A DNA stretch of 63,597 bases, filler included, from Collodictyon triciliatum (GCA_043381765.1; 12 parts of 12 records of this genome joined end to end with filler, not necessarily neighbours in it), one strand, 5' to 3'; counted from the first letter of the whole stretch, positions 39,410 through 52,619 are shown. Numbers and translations: made by a program. The notes: a model not told the origin generated them from the sequence alone.

Positions 39410-41086
39410 ATGACGCCCAGCAGTTTTTCATTCGACACCCTTCTGAGGCTACAACACTCCTACGAACCAAAAAACCAGTCCATTGACCACTGTTCTCAAT
39501 TACTCATCAAAAGGGAAGGACTACAAACGATACCATCCAGTATATTTACGCTTACATGCCTGTCCTCTCTGATACTCTATGAGAATTATTTATCATCTTT
39601 ACCGTCGGACATATCGTTGCTGGTTCACCTTAGAGCTATAGACGTGTCTGAAAACCGTATTGTCTCTTTGCCGAACTCCATTTCTCTATTAGAGAATCTT
39701 ACAGACCTCAACCTCAGCACTAACACACTCGGCTATTTTCCGTCGGTCATATGTTCAATAAAGAATCTAAGGATACTTGATTTGTCATTCAACCAGCTCT
39801 CATCCCTCCCGCAAGAATTATATATGATGACAAGTCTCGGCTCCCTTAATGTGTCCGTAAATATGCTATCAATAATGCCGGACGGAACATCGGGACTGGT
39901 TAATCTTCACAGTCTTTACATTTCAGAAAATCACTTTCCCGTATTTCCGCCCAAAGTGTTGCTTCTAACCCGCTTGACTAGCTTGTATATCGCAAAAAAT
40001 ATGGTTTGTAATAGAGTTCAATCATATTTTACATCGCTTAAAGATGTTCTTTTAATTAATGAATTTATTAATTATACTTCTCGCAAAATAGTTCGAAGTG
40101 CTTCCTCCGCATATCACTGCGCTGACGAATCTTGTTGATTTTTACACCGAGACAGACCTCTATGACTTTGTGTATGAACCTTCAGGAGAAGGCGGTGACA
40201 TTACATATTATAATGGATATCTTTTTATCAAATCAGCACCTCGAGGTATAACCAGCCTTCCATGCTGGAATAATACGGATGAGAATGATGATGGTATTTC
40301 GGTTTCGCAACACCTCAGAAAACTGCACTTGTATGATGTTGCTGTATGTTGTTGTTGTTGATTTTTTTTTTTAAAAAAAAAAAAGGCAATCTATTCATAA
40401 ATGAATCGGATAATTAATGATGTGGCAGGGCGAAAATGACATGAGGGTGGATTGGGAACCAAGCCAGCAGCAATTGTTATACGAATCGCTGAGTTTCTCG
40501 GGTTGGAATGTGGTAGATATGTCCACAGGCGTATCTCTCCTGACAAATCTGACCTACATGAATGTTAGCTATGCTGGGGTATAAACCTTGTAATTGTCGT
40601 GTTTTGATCTTCCGTGTATAAGTTATCATTATCCCTTAAGATTGACTATTATCTATAAAAAAAATTAATCAAAAATTGGAAACACAGCTCACTGCACTTC
40701 CTGGTGCTATTTGTCTGATTTCTGGACTTAAAATACTGAACATATCAAGCAACCAGGTGTGTTTGGCTATGATTGAATATGAACCAAAATTTGATATATG
40801 GCTGTCTACTTCTTTAAAAACACACATTATTATTATATTATTCATTGAAGATTATGAATTCACATTATAAATTAAACGTAGATTTCAAAGTTGTCTTGTT
40901 TAATCAACAATCTCAGGAGTCTTCAAAGCTTGGATATATCAAATAATCAAGTAAATTGAATAAATTAATATTTCTGATTACAAGTCCTTTTCATCAGGTT
41001 ACAATGTACGTGTTGTTTTTGATAAGAAAAAATATTCTTTATAGGTTGTTGATTTATGCTTCAGCTGTGGCGCCAACAGGGATTGA
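39410..41086 (+). CDS. Leucine-rich repeat protein (LRR-A), 6 exons, possibly 5' partial
   Basis: 23-aa LxxLxLxxNxLxxLP repeats. Exons 39410-40003, 40092-40343, 40429-40578, 40688-40756, 40882-40950, 41045-41086, all joined by phase-0 GT-AG introns. Confidence 0.85.
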
Positions 41087-42528
41087 AGTTAATTACTGTT
41101 GGCTGCATCCTCAAAAGGAATTCATGATACTTCTGTTTTCACAAAAACTCTGAAGCCCTACCAAATAAATATTAAATGTATAAATCAAATTTATTGAAGC
41201 AGTAATTCTTTGCATTTCCGGTCGTCGTCCTTGTAATTTTTGAATATCTTTTATTATGTGAAACCCCCACAGATTTTTTTGTAGTTGAACTTTATGTTCA
41301 AGACGTTTTCAAAATGACTTCCCGATCACGATATAAGCAGTCATAACATATCATCATATTTCATTTCAATCTAATTATTTTCATTTAATGGTATGTACTT
41401 TTTGAAGAAAAGCATCGAGTTATGAAATGTTACTCCGATACGAACCATCGAACGGGGACATGCGGAAGCAAGTGAAACTCCAAAGGGGCTGAGAAGTAAA
41501 TCATGGGATTCTACTTGAAACCATTCCGAACAATGTCTAAGAATAAAGTCCTTGTTCTTACCTTTGAAGCAACTTATATTTCTATGAGTTCCAAGCTTCT
41601 CACACCGACCTACGTATCGTGTATTGAGAATTCATTTTACGCAGTTATTGGAGTAATATCAGTAATAGCTCAGTATAACATCAAACATTATTAAAAAACC
41701 GTAGAAGTAGTCATACATTTACTGTTGATTTAAGTATGTTTTTTTTATTTTATTTTTTTGAAGTGTATTGATCTATCTGAAACAATCATTTATTTATCAT
41801 CGAAGTAGCTTTTCCACGGATGGCCCTCTGGGAGGGTATACTGAGACACAATCATAAACCGGTTGCTCCCTCCACACGAGAAATTTGCGGAAGAAAAGAA
41901 AACATTTTTAAAAAAAAAACCAACCCGATTGCACAAATGTTGTGCCACTTTGCGTCTACTGCGCAGGCCAACTTTTCCTATCATAGATTATGTTTGTTTT
42001 CCTCAAATGCCGTATGAACAAACCGTAAGAAGCTGCAACTGGTTCTCTTGTCGCCATCTTGATGTTTCAGTCTCCTTTCCACCGCTGCCCACACCTCTCA
42101 CGTTGATGTTGTTGTGTTTGCATTGACATAATCCTGCGCTTGCAGAACAAAACGCGATGAGGAATGCACTCGACAGCATGCCAAACAATGCAAAGGAAAA
42201 AAAAATACATCAAACAGAATACCCGGATGGAGCAAAAATGACGCATTATGGCGTTCCGGGGCATTCACCTTAAAGCATTGGTAATAGTCCATCTAAATGG
42301 CTAGTCCCCCTTTTAATTTCAACTTTGGGTGCTAGACATTTGAATACTTTCATGTATATATAACATATAACTTCTTAATATAATTGGATTATGGTTATCA
42401 CGAATGTCCAATTATTCTACTTTAGGTATCAATTGCTGGGTTCCTGTTGTTTTGACTTCTCTTTCTACAGCGGCCAGTTATCTCTTCTTCGTCCAAGCTC
42501 TGCCACGATCCGCACTTTCCTCGCAGCA

Positions 42529-43730
42529 ATGCTCTGCCGCCAGTTGAAGAGGTCGGCTGTCTATGCAAAAAATATGGCGACTCAACCACCGGCAAAAAGC
42601 GCTGGGGAGCTGTTCGATGTGTTCAACGAGAAGAATGAGCTTGTTGGCCAGGAGCTGCGTGGCGTTGTCCACAGGAGGGGGTTTTACCACCGCTCCGTGA
42701 ATGTGCTCTTGCTCAACAGCAACAATGAGATTCTGCTGCAGGTTTTTTGTCTCAAAATATTCCCTCTCATTTCCATTTTTTGTTTTCATATCAATTAATA
42801 TGGATTTTTTATGGATTTTTTATGGATTTTTTATGGATTTTTTATGGATTTTTTATGGATTTTTTATGGATTTTTTATGGATTTTTTATGGATTTTTTAT
42901 GGATTTTTTATGGATTTTTTATGGATTTTTATGGATTTTTTATGGATTTTTTATGGATTTTTTATGGATTTTTTATGGATTTTTTATGGATTTTTTATGG
43001 ATTTTTTATGGATTTTTTATGGATTTTTTATGGATTTTTTATGGATTTTTTATGGATTTTTTATATTCCCCGGAGTATATTGATTGAAAGAAAGGAGAAA
43101 AATCTACATTTTAATGTAGCATCGGTATAAATAATAATAATAATAATAATAATAATAGTAATAACAATAATAGGAAATGTATATAAAATAAGGTGCAATA
43201 TGACTAAACCATCAAACTCACAGAAGCGTGCAGAGACAAAAGATGTATGCCCCGGGCTATGGGATATATCCTGTGCCGAGCATCTCCAACCCGGAGAGAG
43301 CTACGAGGCCGCTGCAGCTCGAGGTTTGAAGGAAGAACTTGGTATTTGCCTTGGCGAACTGTGCAATCCGTCCATGGTACAGATGCGCGGACCTGAGCTT
43401 TTTGTCCACAAGCATTGGGTGAAATCAGACATGGCCCTTGCCTCTTTAGAGCATGAGAGAGAGCCTGACATTCATGATCGAGAGTTCTCTGTATGCTTCG
43501 TAGTGCAATATAACCCCTCTGTCGACCCGGGGATTGTTATACAGCAGGAAGAGCTCTCTGGTGTCCGCTTTGCCACGCAAGAGGATGCTCTTGAGGAGTG
43601 CAAAAAAGGCCGCGTGACGCCGTGGATGCAGTGGGAGATGCAAAACTATCTTCGGTGGCTCACTACTGGCCAAACGGGCATGAAAGTGGCCTCACGACAT
43701 TCGGGCTATGGAATAAAGAGTGCAGACTGA
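42529..43730 (+). CDS. Nudix hydrolase (IDI type 1/YfcD-like subfamily), 2 exons
   Basis: ELFDVFNEKNELVG...VHRRGFYHRSVNVLLLNSNNEILLQ|KRAETKDVCPGLWDISCAEHLQPGESYEAAAARGLKEELGI contains a Nudix box. The basic N-terminus may be an organellar transit peptide. Confidence 0.9.
42799..43063. repeat. (ATGGATTTTTT)n minisatellite in the Nudix intron
   Basis: Read directly from the sequence. Confidence 0.97.
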
Positions 43731-44589
43731 GATATAAAAATAACATATTTAGCAGGAAGGTGGGTGTGATTGCCGGATTAAATATTGGGTGTGATGTCGA
43801 AGTAACGCTTTAACATGCCAAAATCGGAACTCATAGTCAAATGCATGCTTTTATCTGAATAATCTGTGCACACGTATCAAACTGCACAAATATGGGTACA
43901 AACGTATTAGTTGACTGATGTATTAAAACATCAGCCAAGATTGCCATTTCGCCGCACCATCATTGCCTCAATGCTGGATTCGCTGTCACTTCTGCCCATC
44001 TTCTACTGTCTACCGACTTCATTTCCTCCAAACCAATCTCTGAATCGCGGGTTAAATCAACCTCTGCCGCGATTGCCTCCGTCTCGGATTCAACTCCGAT
44101 CGTGCAGAAACCGGGAGTCTAACCTCGCGACATCTCCCAACCTACCCAGCAAACAAGCAGCGTTTCATCCCTCTCCTACCTGATCGGAAAAAAAAACAAA
44201 CACCAAAACACCAAAAACACCAAAAACACCAAAAAAACCAAAAAAAACACCAAAAACACCAAAAACACAAAAAAACACAAAAAACACCAAAAACACAAAA
44301 AAAACATAAAAAACATAAAAAACATAAAAAACATAAAAAACATAAAAAACATAAAAAACATAAAAAACATANNNNNNNNNNNNNNNNNNNNNNNNNNNNN
44401 NNNNNNNNNNNNNNNTTAATTAATTAANNNNNNNNNNNNNNNNNNNNNNNNNNNNNNNNNNNNNNNNNNNNAGAGAAAAATAGAAAAAGAGAAAAAGAGA
44501 AAAAGAGAAAAAGAGAAAAAGAGAAAAAGAGAAAAAGAGAAAAAGAGAAAAAGAGAAAAAGAGAAAAAGGTATGCAAAGGCAAAAGCAA

Positions 44590-47500
44590 AAGCAAAAGAA
44601 ACCTTGGAGGATTTTCTTCAACAGGTATTGATTTGGGTGGTCTTTGCAACGTTTTTGCTTTTAGAGGCCGGGGACGAGTGGGTGCTTCAATTACACTTTT
44701 CTGAGGGGATATTGGCTGGAACTCGGTTTGGACTAGAAAAATACGTAGATATTAGGTACAGCACTACGGTGAGGTGGCTAACTGCAACATCGGTATGCGA
44801 GAACAAGAAAATAGGATAAACCTGCTAAGTAATGGAATCTTTTGGAATGCACCCAAAGTCCAGGATGATGCAGACATGCTTTAGGGCCATTCTCATCATC
44901 AGCAAACCAATCCCCGCATTGCGTACAACGAGAAACGCTGTCCCGATCGATATAGCTTGACTCGATCTAGATTAATAATGTAACTTCAATAAAAAAAAAA
45001 AAAAAAGATAGACAACGATTGAATTTTGCTGATTTTATGTACAAACTTTATATCAATGAGCAAGGAGAGGTGAAATGTGAGTGACATACCATCGGCACAT
45101 GGGCACCAATCTGACAACCATTCCCAAAAAAGTTTTTCACAAATTCTGGGTCGTCTTTCTTTGTCTTGGTGTTGCAACAAGACCAAAATACTCCACCATA
45201 CTTTGTTTCCTTTACCGGGGCCGGGTGGAAACAGCACGCATTTGTAGAGTTCTCCTTTTGCTTATATTGGAGACCACAACGGCCACATTTTAAAAGGAAC
45301 TCTTCGTGGTTGGAAAGCTAATGAAGTAGGAATTGAAAAGAAATGGAAATTAGACTAAATCATCCTGATGTGGTGCTAGGTCATATCTCCATACTCCTTG
45401 CTCTGATGGATGTGACTTAATCGATAGCGAGTGGTAGAAACAAAATGTTTTTCATGTTCTAGGTAGGCTTACTGTGCACCCTTTGACTTCTGAGTCTATT
45501 TGACGACAACAAGACCACCCGCCTTTTACAATATCTGGAACAGCGCGAGTGATGATTTCAGGACTGACCAGGACTTTGCAACCAGCTTCTTCATTTCTCA
45601 TATTCATTCCCAGCTCGACGCTCTATTACACGAGGTAAAAAAATAAATAAATAAACGTGAAAGCGTAAATAGGTGAAATGTAACGTTCCGTTTCCCTGTG
45701 TGCATTAAATAATATGAGCATGAGAAAGTTAAACATTGACAAGAGAGGGAGTACATGCATCCAAGAGATAAAAGGGGCTTATGTTGTAGTTGCCTTGAAA
45801 TATTACACTGTTGTATCGCTTCTGTATTTTTCTTTCTGCATAGCTCCGAAGCAGTGTTGGAGCCTCTGAACTTGCGACTGAATACATCAAATCCATGGAA
45901 TCTGACATCACGCCGATTCCAATCACGAAGTATCATATCATGTCAGTACTCGTACCACATATTCAAATTTACTTCAATATAATCATAGATTACCAAAAAA
46001 GAAAAAAGTTGTGCAAATTCATGGGAAGTACCATATGATTCCAAGTTTTCCGTCTTCTCTACATCACTGTTGTTTATAAGAGATTCCTTTACAACCACCC
46101 TTTGAGCAGGTTCAATCACATTCTTGTAGTATTCAGTTGGGGAAGGAGATAAAATTGGACCGAGAGAAGCCAGTGTTTTTTCGAATTTGGTCCGGTATAT
46201 CTTTGTCTATGAAATTAATATAATTGGAAAGTATTTTAATAAATAAATTGGTATAAGCCAACATCTTCACCACCCTGCACAAAATTGAAAGGAAGAATAA
46301 AAAAAAAAAAAATTGGTATGATTTCTATCGAGTAAATTTCAAAGTAGAGTGAGTCTGTGCGGAGCTGTATAACTGCAGCATCCTCACCCACTCAACTTTA
46401 GGATTTTGGAATATAATTGTGTTTATTGCTAATACACTAAGCGTTATCATGAGAGTATATAGAGCTGAAAGATAAGAATAAGAATATGGTGGCTCTTAAC
46501 TTTTTTTTTGGATAATTCGCTTTGAAAAAATTATATCTATATATATTATGTGAATATAGGGGATCAATAGACATGATTACATCGTTCTGACATGGGTTTG
46601 TTTCATTTGGAGGTTTCGGGTCAGTTGGAATATATCCGTCAATAGTCATCAAAGGAAGAACAACTGGACCAGGAATGGCAGCTTCAGTGCTGAAAGGCAA
46701 GAAAATTGTTAATAGATTTCGTCTTAATTTCTCCACAGTTCTATAGACTGTGACAACAAAACATATTTTCTTATATTTAATTGACAGGGAGATGCAGAGA
46801 TAGAAAGAAAATGCGAATGTGAATGAAAAAATAACCGAAATTGGACAAAAAAAGGAGAAAAAAGGAGAAAAAAGGAGAAAAAAGGAGAAAAAAGGAGAAA
46901 AAAGGAGAAAAAAGGAGAAAAAAGGAGAAAAATTACAGAAAAATTACAGAAAAGGAGACGATAAAAGGAAAAAAGAAGAAAAGGAGAAAAGGAGAAGAAA
47001 AGGAGAACAGAGAAAAAAAGAGAAAAAAGAGAAAAAAGGGGAAAAAGAGAAAAAAGGGAAAAAAGGGAAAAAAGGGAAAAAAGGGAAAAAAGGGAAAAAA
47101 GAGAAAAAAGAGAAAAAAGAGAAAAAAGAGAAAAAAGAGAAAAAAGAAAAAAATGCATACCTTGAATTGATACCATCCAGCGGTTGCTTCTCAAGTTTTT
47201 CAGAGGGTTGTTTTTTCTTTGCTTGTTTCTTTTCATCTATCAGGGAGTTTGATGATGGAGAAGGAGATCTGGTGGTAACAGAACTGAGTGACACCTTTTT
47301 CTCCGCAGATAGCTTTTCCAAGGCTGTATCTAGCTGGTTTTCTATCAATGCGTCAGCTAACGCAGGAGGTAAAGGAGGTTTAGATGAGATGGGAATGGGT
47401 GTTTCTTTCTTTGCAGATGGTTTCCGTTTTGTTCTATGGGTAGATTGTCTTTTTTCATCCAATGATGAGTTGCTCTCCATTCTAGCTTCACTTCTTGAAG

Positions 47501-48626
47501 ATAATGAAGAGCTATAGTCCACAGATGGCTGGTAGGTAGATAGGAATCCCACAGCAGTAGGAGGTAATTCTTGTGGGCCCATAAATTGAACTGAACTATC
47601 TTCGTTAACATGATTTCTTTCATGTTTAGCATACTTCTCGGAGGAAAATATCTTCCTTTGAATTAAATCTTCTAATCGGCTATAATTTTTTTAAACAAAA
47701 AAAAAAAAAAAGAAGGTTGAAGTAAACTGAAATGGACATTAATATATCGTTGCGAGTTATATCTGACATATGAGAGAATATTCCATATCTAGTAAATATA
47801 TTTAATCACTAATAATGTATTTACGATATATTGGTGATCTGATTTTCGAGAAATTCTCTGTCCTCAGCGTAAGGATCCTCAGGTTTTATCTACATGAGAT
47901 AATAATAAACAGATATATAATAATTAATACATAAATAATTAGGAACAAAATGAAGTTCTGTTAGGTTTATGCTATTTATACAAAAATAATTCTTCAAAAA
48001 GATGAAAAAATCACTTTAGATGATTCTACTACTTAAAAACCTTGTAAACAGTTCGACCAATTTCATCCAACTCCATGTTTGTGCACATCGCAGGGTACCC
48101 ATGCAAATATGTTGATGACCAACCAACCTTTGTGTGCCACTTTGACGCAAGCTGCGCTGTTATTTTTATATTTATTTTTTAAGTTTGCTTTTTTCGTAAA
48201 CGAAAAAAAAAAAAAGAAAAAGAGAAACGTTAAGCTAATAATGAATTAAAATTGACAAATATATACGAATAAGACAACATCACTCATTTGAAAGTTGAAT
48301 AATTCTCTACTTGCATATTCTTAAATTTATTTATACAAAATTTATTTTAGCAAAGAACACAATCGCATATATAATTTACCCACATCTCTGAACGTGCTCC
48401 TTTTGAATAAATTCGATGAACAGACGGACAATTTCGTCTGGGGTAGGAAAGGTCCTTGTAATAGCTTTTGAATACAAGTTTACAGCATCTTTTCCCTTCA
48501 TAACATACACTCGAAAACTCGATGTAGAAGGATCGGTGTGCGCATTTCCTAGTATATCATATTAACATCGGTTATCGCCCCGACATTAAGTACGATTTTA
48601 GTTTTTCGAAAAGATAAATATGCGAT

Positions 48627-48685
<59 letters not shown>

Positions 48686-48905
48686 AAGAAGAAGAAGAAG
48701 AAGAAGAAGAAGGAATAAAAAGAAAGGAATAGATAAACCATTTAATTTTAATGATCTCTATACCGATGACTTCGACCGCCCCGGAAAAAGTGGTAATTAG
48801 CTTCTCCGCGACGAGGTTGAAGTGTTTCACATAGGTGGACTCTCGGTGGCGAGTGGTTTTTGAGTGAGTGTGGCAGTTACAGCAGTGTTCGATGTAGACG
48901 TACAT
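44590..48905 (-). CDS. Rdx (SelW-like thioredoxin-fold) domain + Ser/Lys-rich linker + CHORD-like zinc-binding modules, multi-exon, 3' partial
   Basis: N-terminus MYVYIEHCCNCHTH...AVEVIG|...SFRVYV...LYSKAITRTFPTPDEIV. C-terminal part has CGRCGLQYKQKENSTNACCFHPAP...WSCC...NGCQIGAH and CTQCGDWFADDENGPKACLHHPG. Intermediate exons join in phase. Confidence 0.7.
46848..47152. repeat. Compound purine-rich repeat (GGAGAAAAAA, GGGAAAAAA, GAGAAAAAA) in an intron
   Basis: Read directly from the sequence. Confidence 0.9.
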
Positions 48906-49117
48906 TAGACAGCGAAGATTTGTTTGTCAGTCCCAGCCGTAGCAGTCAGACGGGGTTTGCAAAGAGGCTCCTTTCGCTGTAAATCCACCAAAGCCCACGG
49001 CAAGTTTGGACTCTGTAGCGTAAAAAACTTACACATATGAGCATAACAGAAAAGAAAAAGATAAAGAAAAAGAAAAAAGGAAAAAGAAAAAGAAAAGGAG
49101 GGTACGATTTAACAAGA

Positions 49118-49518
49118 TGAAAGCACGTCCACAAAATGATCGCACTGTCTCGTGGGTTGCTAGATGCAGCTGGCGACAAAGAGAAGGACTGCCTAGCCTT
49201 TTTGGAGGCGGTCAGGGAAACAGAGACAAAAGCAGGTTTATGGTAATTTCCAGATTTGAACAATAGAGCAGTTCTACAACGGACTGCAACGGCGTTATCC
49301 AGCGTTTTCGACTCCTCCTGATTTGGACAAAGGGCCGAGCACGAGTGGCATGGGCGATGCAAACGAGATTTCAACAACCGCAGAGGACTGCATCCAGGGG
49401 TCGCCGTCGAGTTGCATGCAGACGGGTCTGTTCGGGTCGTCGTACACAATGCGGATGTGTTTTCCCTACGGGATGGGGCGAATCCATCGAGTTACAACAA
49501 GCATGTTAATGGAAAAGG
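49118..49518 (+). CDS. Possible 5' exons of a hypothetical gene divergent from the Rdx/CHORD-like gene
   Basis: GC-richer coding-like segments end at a GT donor (~49518) before a (GACA)n tract. No domain recognised. Confidence 0.25.
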
Positions 49519-49548
49519 TACCCCAAATAATTGCATAAAAGGGGAGGA

Positions 49549-49648
<100 letters not shown>

Positions 49649-49779
49649 NNNNNNNNNNNNNNNNNNNNNNNNNNNNNNNNNNNNNNNNNNNNTTAATTAA
49701 TTAANNNNNNNNNNNNNNNNNNNNNNNNNNNNNNNNNNNNNNNNNNNNCTAACACTATGCTGGAAATATCGAAGTTTAA

Positions 49780-51747
49780 TCTAACGCGGTGTCTTTTCTT
49801 TTCTCCAATCCTTTCTTTCCTGTATTCTTTTCTTTTCTTCCGTTCTCTTTTCTTTTCTTGAACGTGAGGTATGATGTCTCTGGATTTGTCTTGAAATCTC
49901 GTTTGCTTGTAATGCCCTCTGGATTTCCGTGAAATTGTGGTAGCTCAATTATCTAATTATTTATTCAAAAGCAAGAAGGTACAGATAAGATGGTGATTTT
50001 ATCAATCACATTATCTGCAAGCTTCAATAAATGGTCGACCAGATGCAAAGAGGCTATGGATTTTAATCAATTGTTTCCAATTTACAACACCTTATTATTC
50101 GAAGCATCCAGGTATTCGAGATTGCAGAGTCGGTTGATACCCTCAGGAATACTCGTTATCTTGTTGGTGTTACGTGGTTGCTCGGTTTTATTATTTGAAC
50201 ATATTACTTATTGAAATCAAAATTGAAAATGATTTTTTTTTGATACCTTGTTGTTTGAAATATCGAGAGCTTTGATAGAAGTCAGACAAAACAGATGCTC
50301 TGGGATGTCGGTGAGCTATGTCATTCGCATTGGCATTTAGTGTACATAAATTTACGCTGAGTTATTGATTCATTAAGATCATTACGTGATTTTCTGAGAG
50401 ATTCAAAAAGGTCATGTTTTTTTAAAAGTGTGATGCTCTCTGGCAAAGTTGTAAGCCTCCTTCTGCATAGGCTGAATGAATGGAATTCGATTTGCTCCCT
50501 TTTTGGAGTCCATCCTGGCTCCGAGATTGATTCTAACTGTGTTTGTGGTTTACGTTGCTTTTTTTTTCTTTATTGTTTTTGAAAATATATAGCAAATTGT
50601 CTGTATCATCATCGATATATTTACCATCTCAAAAAGCTGCAAATTTCGAATTTGCTTGTAACTCAAGCACATTTTGTAATGGTAAAACGGAAGAGCTGTG
50701 ATGCCAAGCGGTGCTATCTTCAAGTGTACCCTTCCAGACTTGTCCACAATATCCAGACTTTGCAGATTTGTGAGTGCTGTGATTTTCAGCGGGAGCTCCT
50801 CTATCTAAACACATGATTGTTGGCCACTTTTTCCGAGAACATCAACATCCATATATCAAAAACTTGAATAATTTAACACCTACAGGGTTTTCCGCCATAT
50901 GCAGTTCTTTCAGACCGGTCAAAAACCTTATTTCCGGTGGCAAAGATGACAGGCTATTGTCATCAACATCGAGCATTGTGAGACCAGTCAAACACGATAT
51001 TTCTGGTGGTAGGGATGACAGCTGATTCTCATGCAAATAAAGCTGTGTGAGACCAGTCAAACGCGATATTCCTCGAGGCAGCGACGACAAAGTATTTACA
51101 CAAACATTAATACCATTGAGACCAGTCAAACACGATATTTCTAGGGGCAGTGACGACAACTCGTTATTATTAAGATTAAGCTGTGTGAGACCAGTCAAAC
51201 ATGATATTCCTAACGGTAGTGAAATAAGCTTATTTATATGACCATGAAGAGATGACAGACCAGTCAGTTTTGATATTGCTGGAGGCAGTGAAGACAGTTG
51301 ATTGTAACCAACATTAAGGTGAATGAGACCAGTCAAGCATGATATTCCTGGAGGCAGTGACGACAGTTGATTGCCATTAACATTAAGAACTTTGATGCTT
51401 GTCAAACATGATATTCCCGGAGGCAGTGACGACAGCTGATTGCTTTCAACATGAAGAAATTCGATGCCTCTCAGTCGTGATATCTCTGGAGGTAGGGACG
51501 AAAGTTGATTTCTACTAACATTAAGAACTTTGATGCCTGACAAAAACGATATTTCTGGAGGCAGGGACAACAGTTGATTGTAAGAGATATCCAGTTCCTC
51601 CAGACGATCCAAAAGGAACACACCACGAGGCACAATAGTGAAACGCTTTCCGACGATATTGAGGCTCAAAGAGTTTCTCAACGTGGTGATGTCAGAAACC
51701 TTTGCGAGTCGCCGGAGCTCCTCCAAAGACGCAGTGTGTTCGTCCAT
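49780..51747 (-). CDS. Leucine-rich repeat protein (LRR-B), paralog of LRR-A, with a 1-nt frameshift in exon 3
   Basis: Exon 51747-50884 holds 11 LRRs. Exons 50804-50625, 50536-50386 (151 nt), 50315-50247 and 50159-50091 match LRR-A exons in order and sequence. The last exons are uncertain. Confidence 0.8.
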
Positions 51748-51832
51748 GCCAGCAGAAGTGGGGGAGGCAACTTGGGCGGATTCTGAGGATTCTGAGGATG
51801 TTGTGAGCGTTGTGAGCGAGTCGTGTGTTTCA

Positions 51833-52048
51833 GTTTGTTTGTTTGTTTGTTTGTTTGTTTGTTTGTTTGTTTGTTTGTTTGTTTGTTTGTTTGTTTGTTT
51901 GTTTGTTTGTTTGTTTGTTTGTTTGTTTGTTTGTTTGTTTGTTTGGTTGTTTGTTTGTTTGGTTGTTTGTTTGTTTGGTTGTTTGGTTGTTTGTTTGTTT
52001 GGTTGTTTGGTTGTTTGGTTGTGTGTTTCATTTTGTTTGTTTGTTTGT
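51833..52048. repeat. (TTTG)n microsatellite upstream of LRR-B
   Basis: Read directly from the sequence. Confidence 0.97.
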
Positions 52049-52619
52049 TGCATAGCGCTCCTTACTTTATGTGGCTGTGTTTGACAAATGACTCATGCAA
52101 AAGAGCAGTGCTTGTGCGTGTTGACGTGTGAAAGCACAGCGCGTTGTTATTGGACGGCGTGGTTTGCTTTTGGAGGAGGGAGAATGACGGTGCGCGATTA
52201 TGTTGTGGCTCTGACTTGAACGTCTAAAAGGCCACACCTTCAATGCCGAACCACCGATAGAAAAGTGGATGTATGTATCGTCTGTTTATGTTTATATAAT
52301 TGCGGGATTTTTTTTTATTTGCTGCTTTGGTTGTGCTGTGTTGTTTGAGGCTTTTTGTGTTGTGTTGTTTGAGGCTTGATTGTAATATGTTCATTGTCAC
52401 AAGGAGCAAATATAGGGTGGCGCTTGTGTCATGCGCCGCAATATTCCCACAGAATCTCGCTTGCATTCGGCCGTGGTGGATGATGAACACATGTTATAAA
52501 ATCAATAATACTGTATATTCCGAAATAGAAAACATATCATCACAATTATATGGAGCACTACAGCCTCTTTCGTCCTTTATCTCCCAGGTTTTTTTTTTTT
52601 TTTGTTGTTGTTTTTAACT

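Noticed and set aside
41400-42300. Possible small spliced Cys-containing gene on the minus strand
   Set aside because: Several incompatible exon chains are possible and no motif is recognisable, so it cannot be supported.
48925-48935. In-frame TGA just upstream of the Rdx-like domain as selenocysteine
   Set aside because: It lies before the likely start ATG (48905), the CxxC uses ordinary Cys codons, and no SECIS was identified.
51750-52053. QTNK-repeat N-terminal extension of LRR-B
   Set aside because: It is a translation of a (CAAA)n microsatellite; the ATG at 51747 is a more plausible start.
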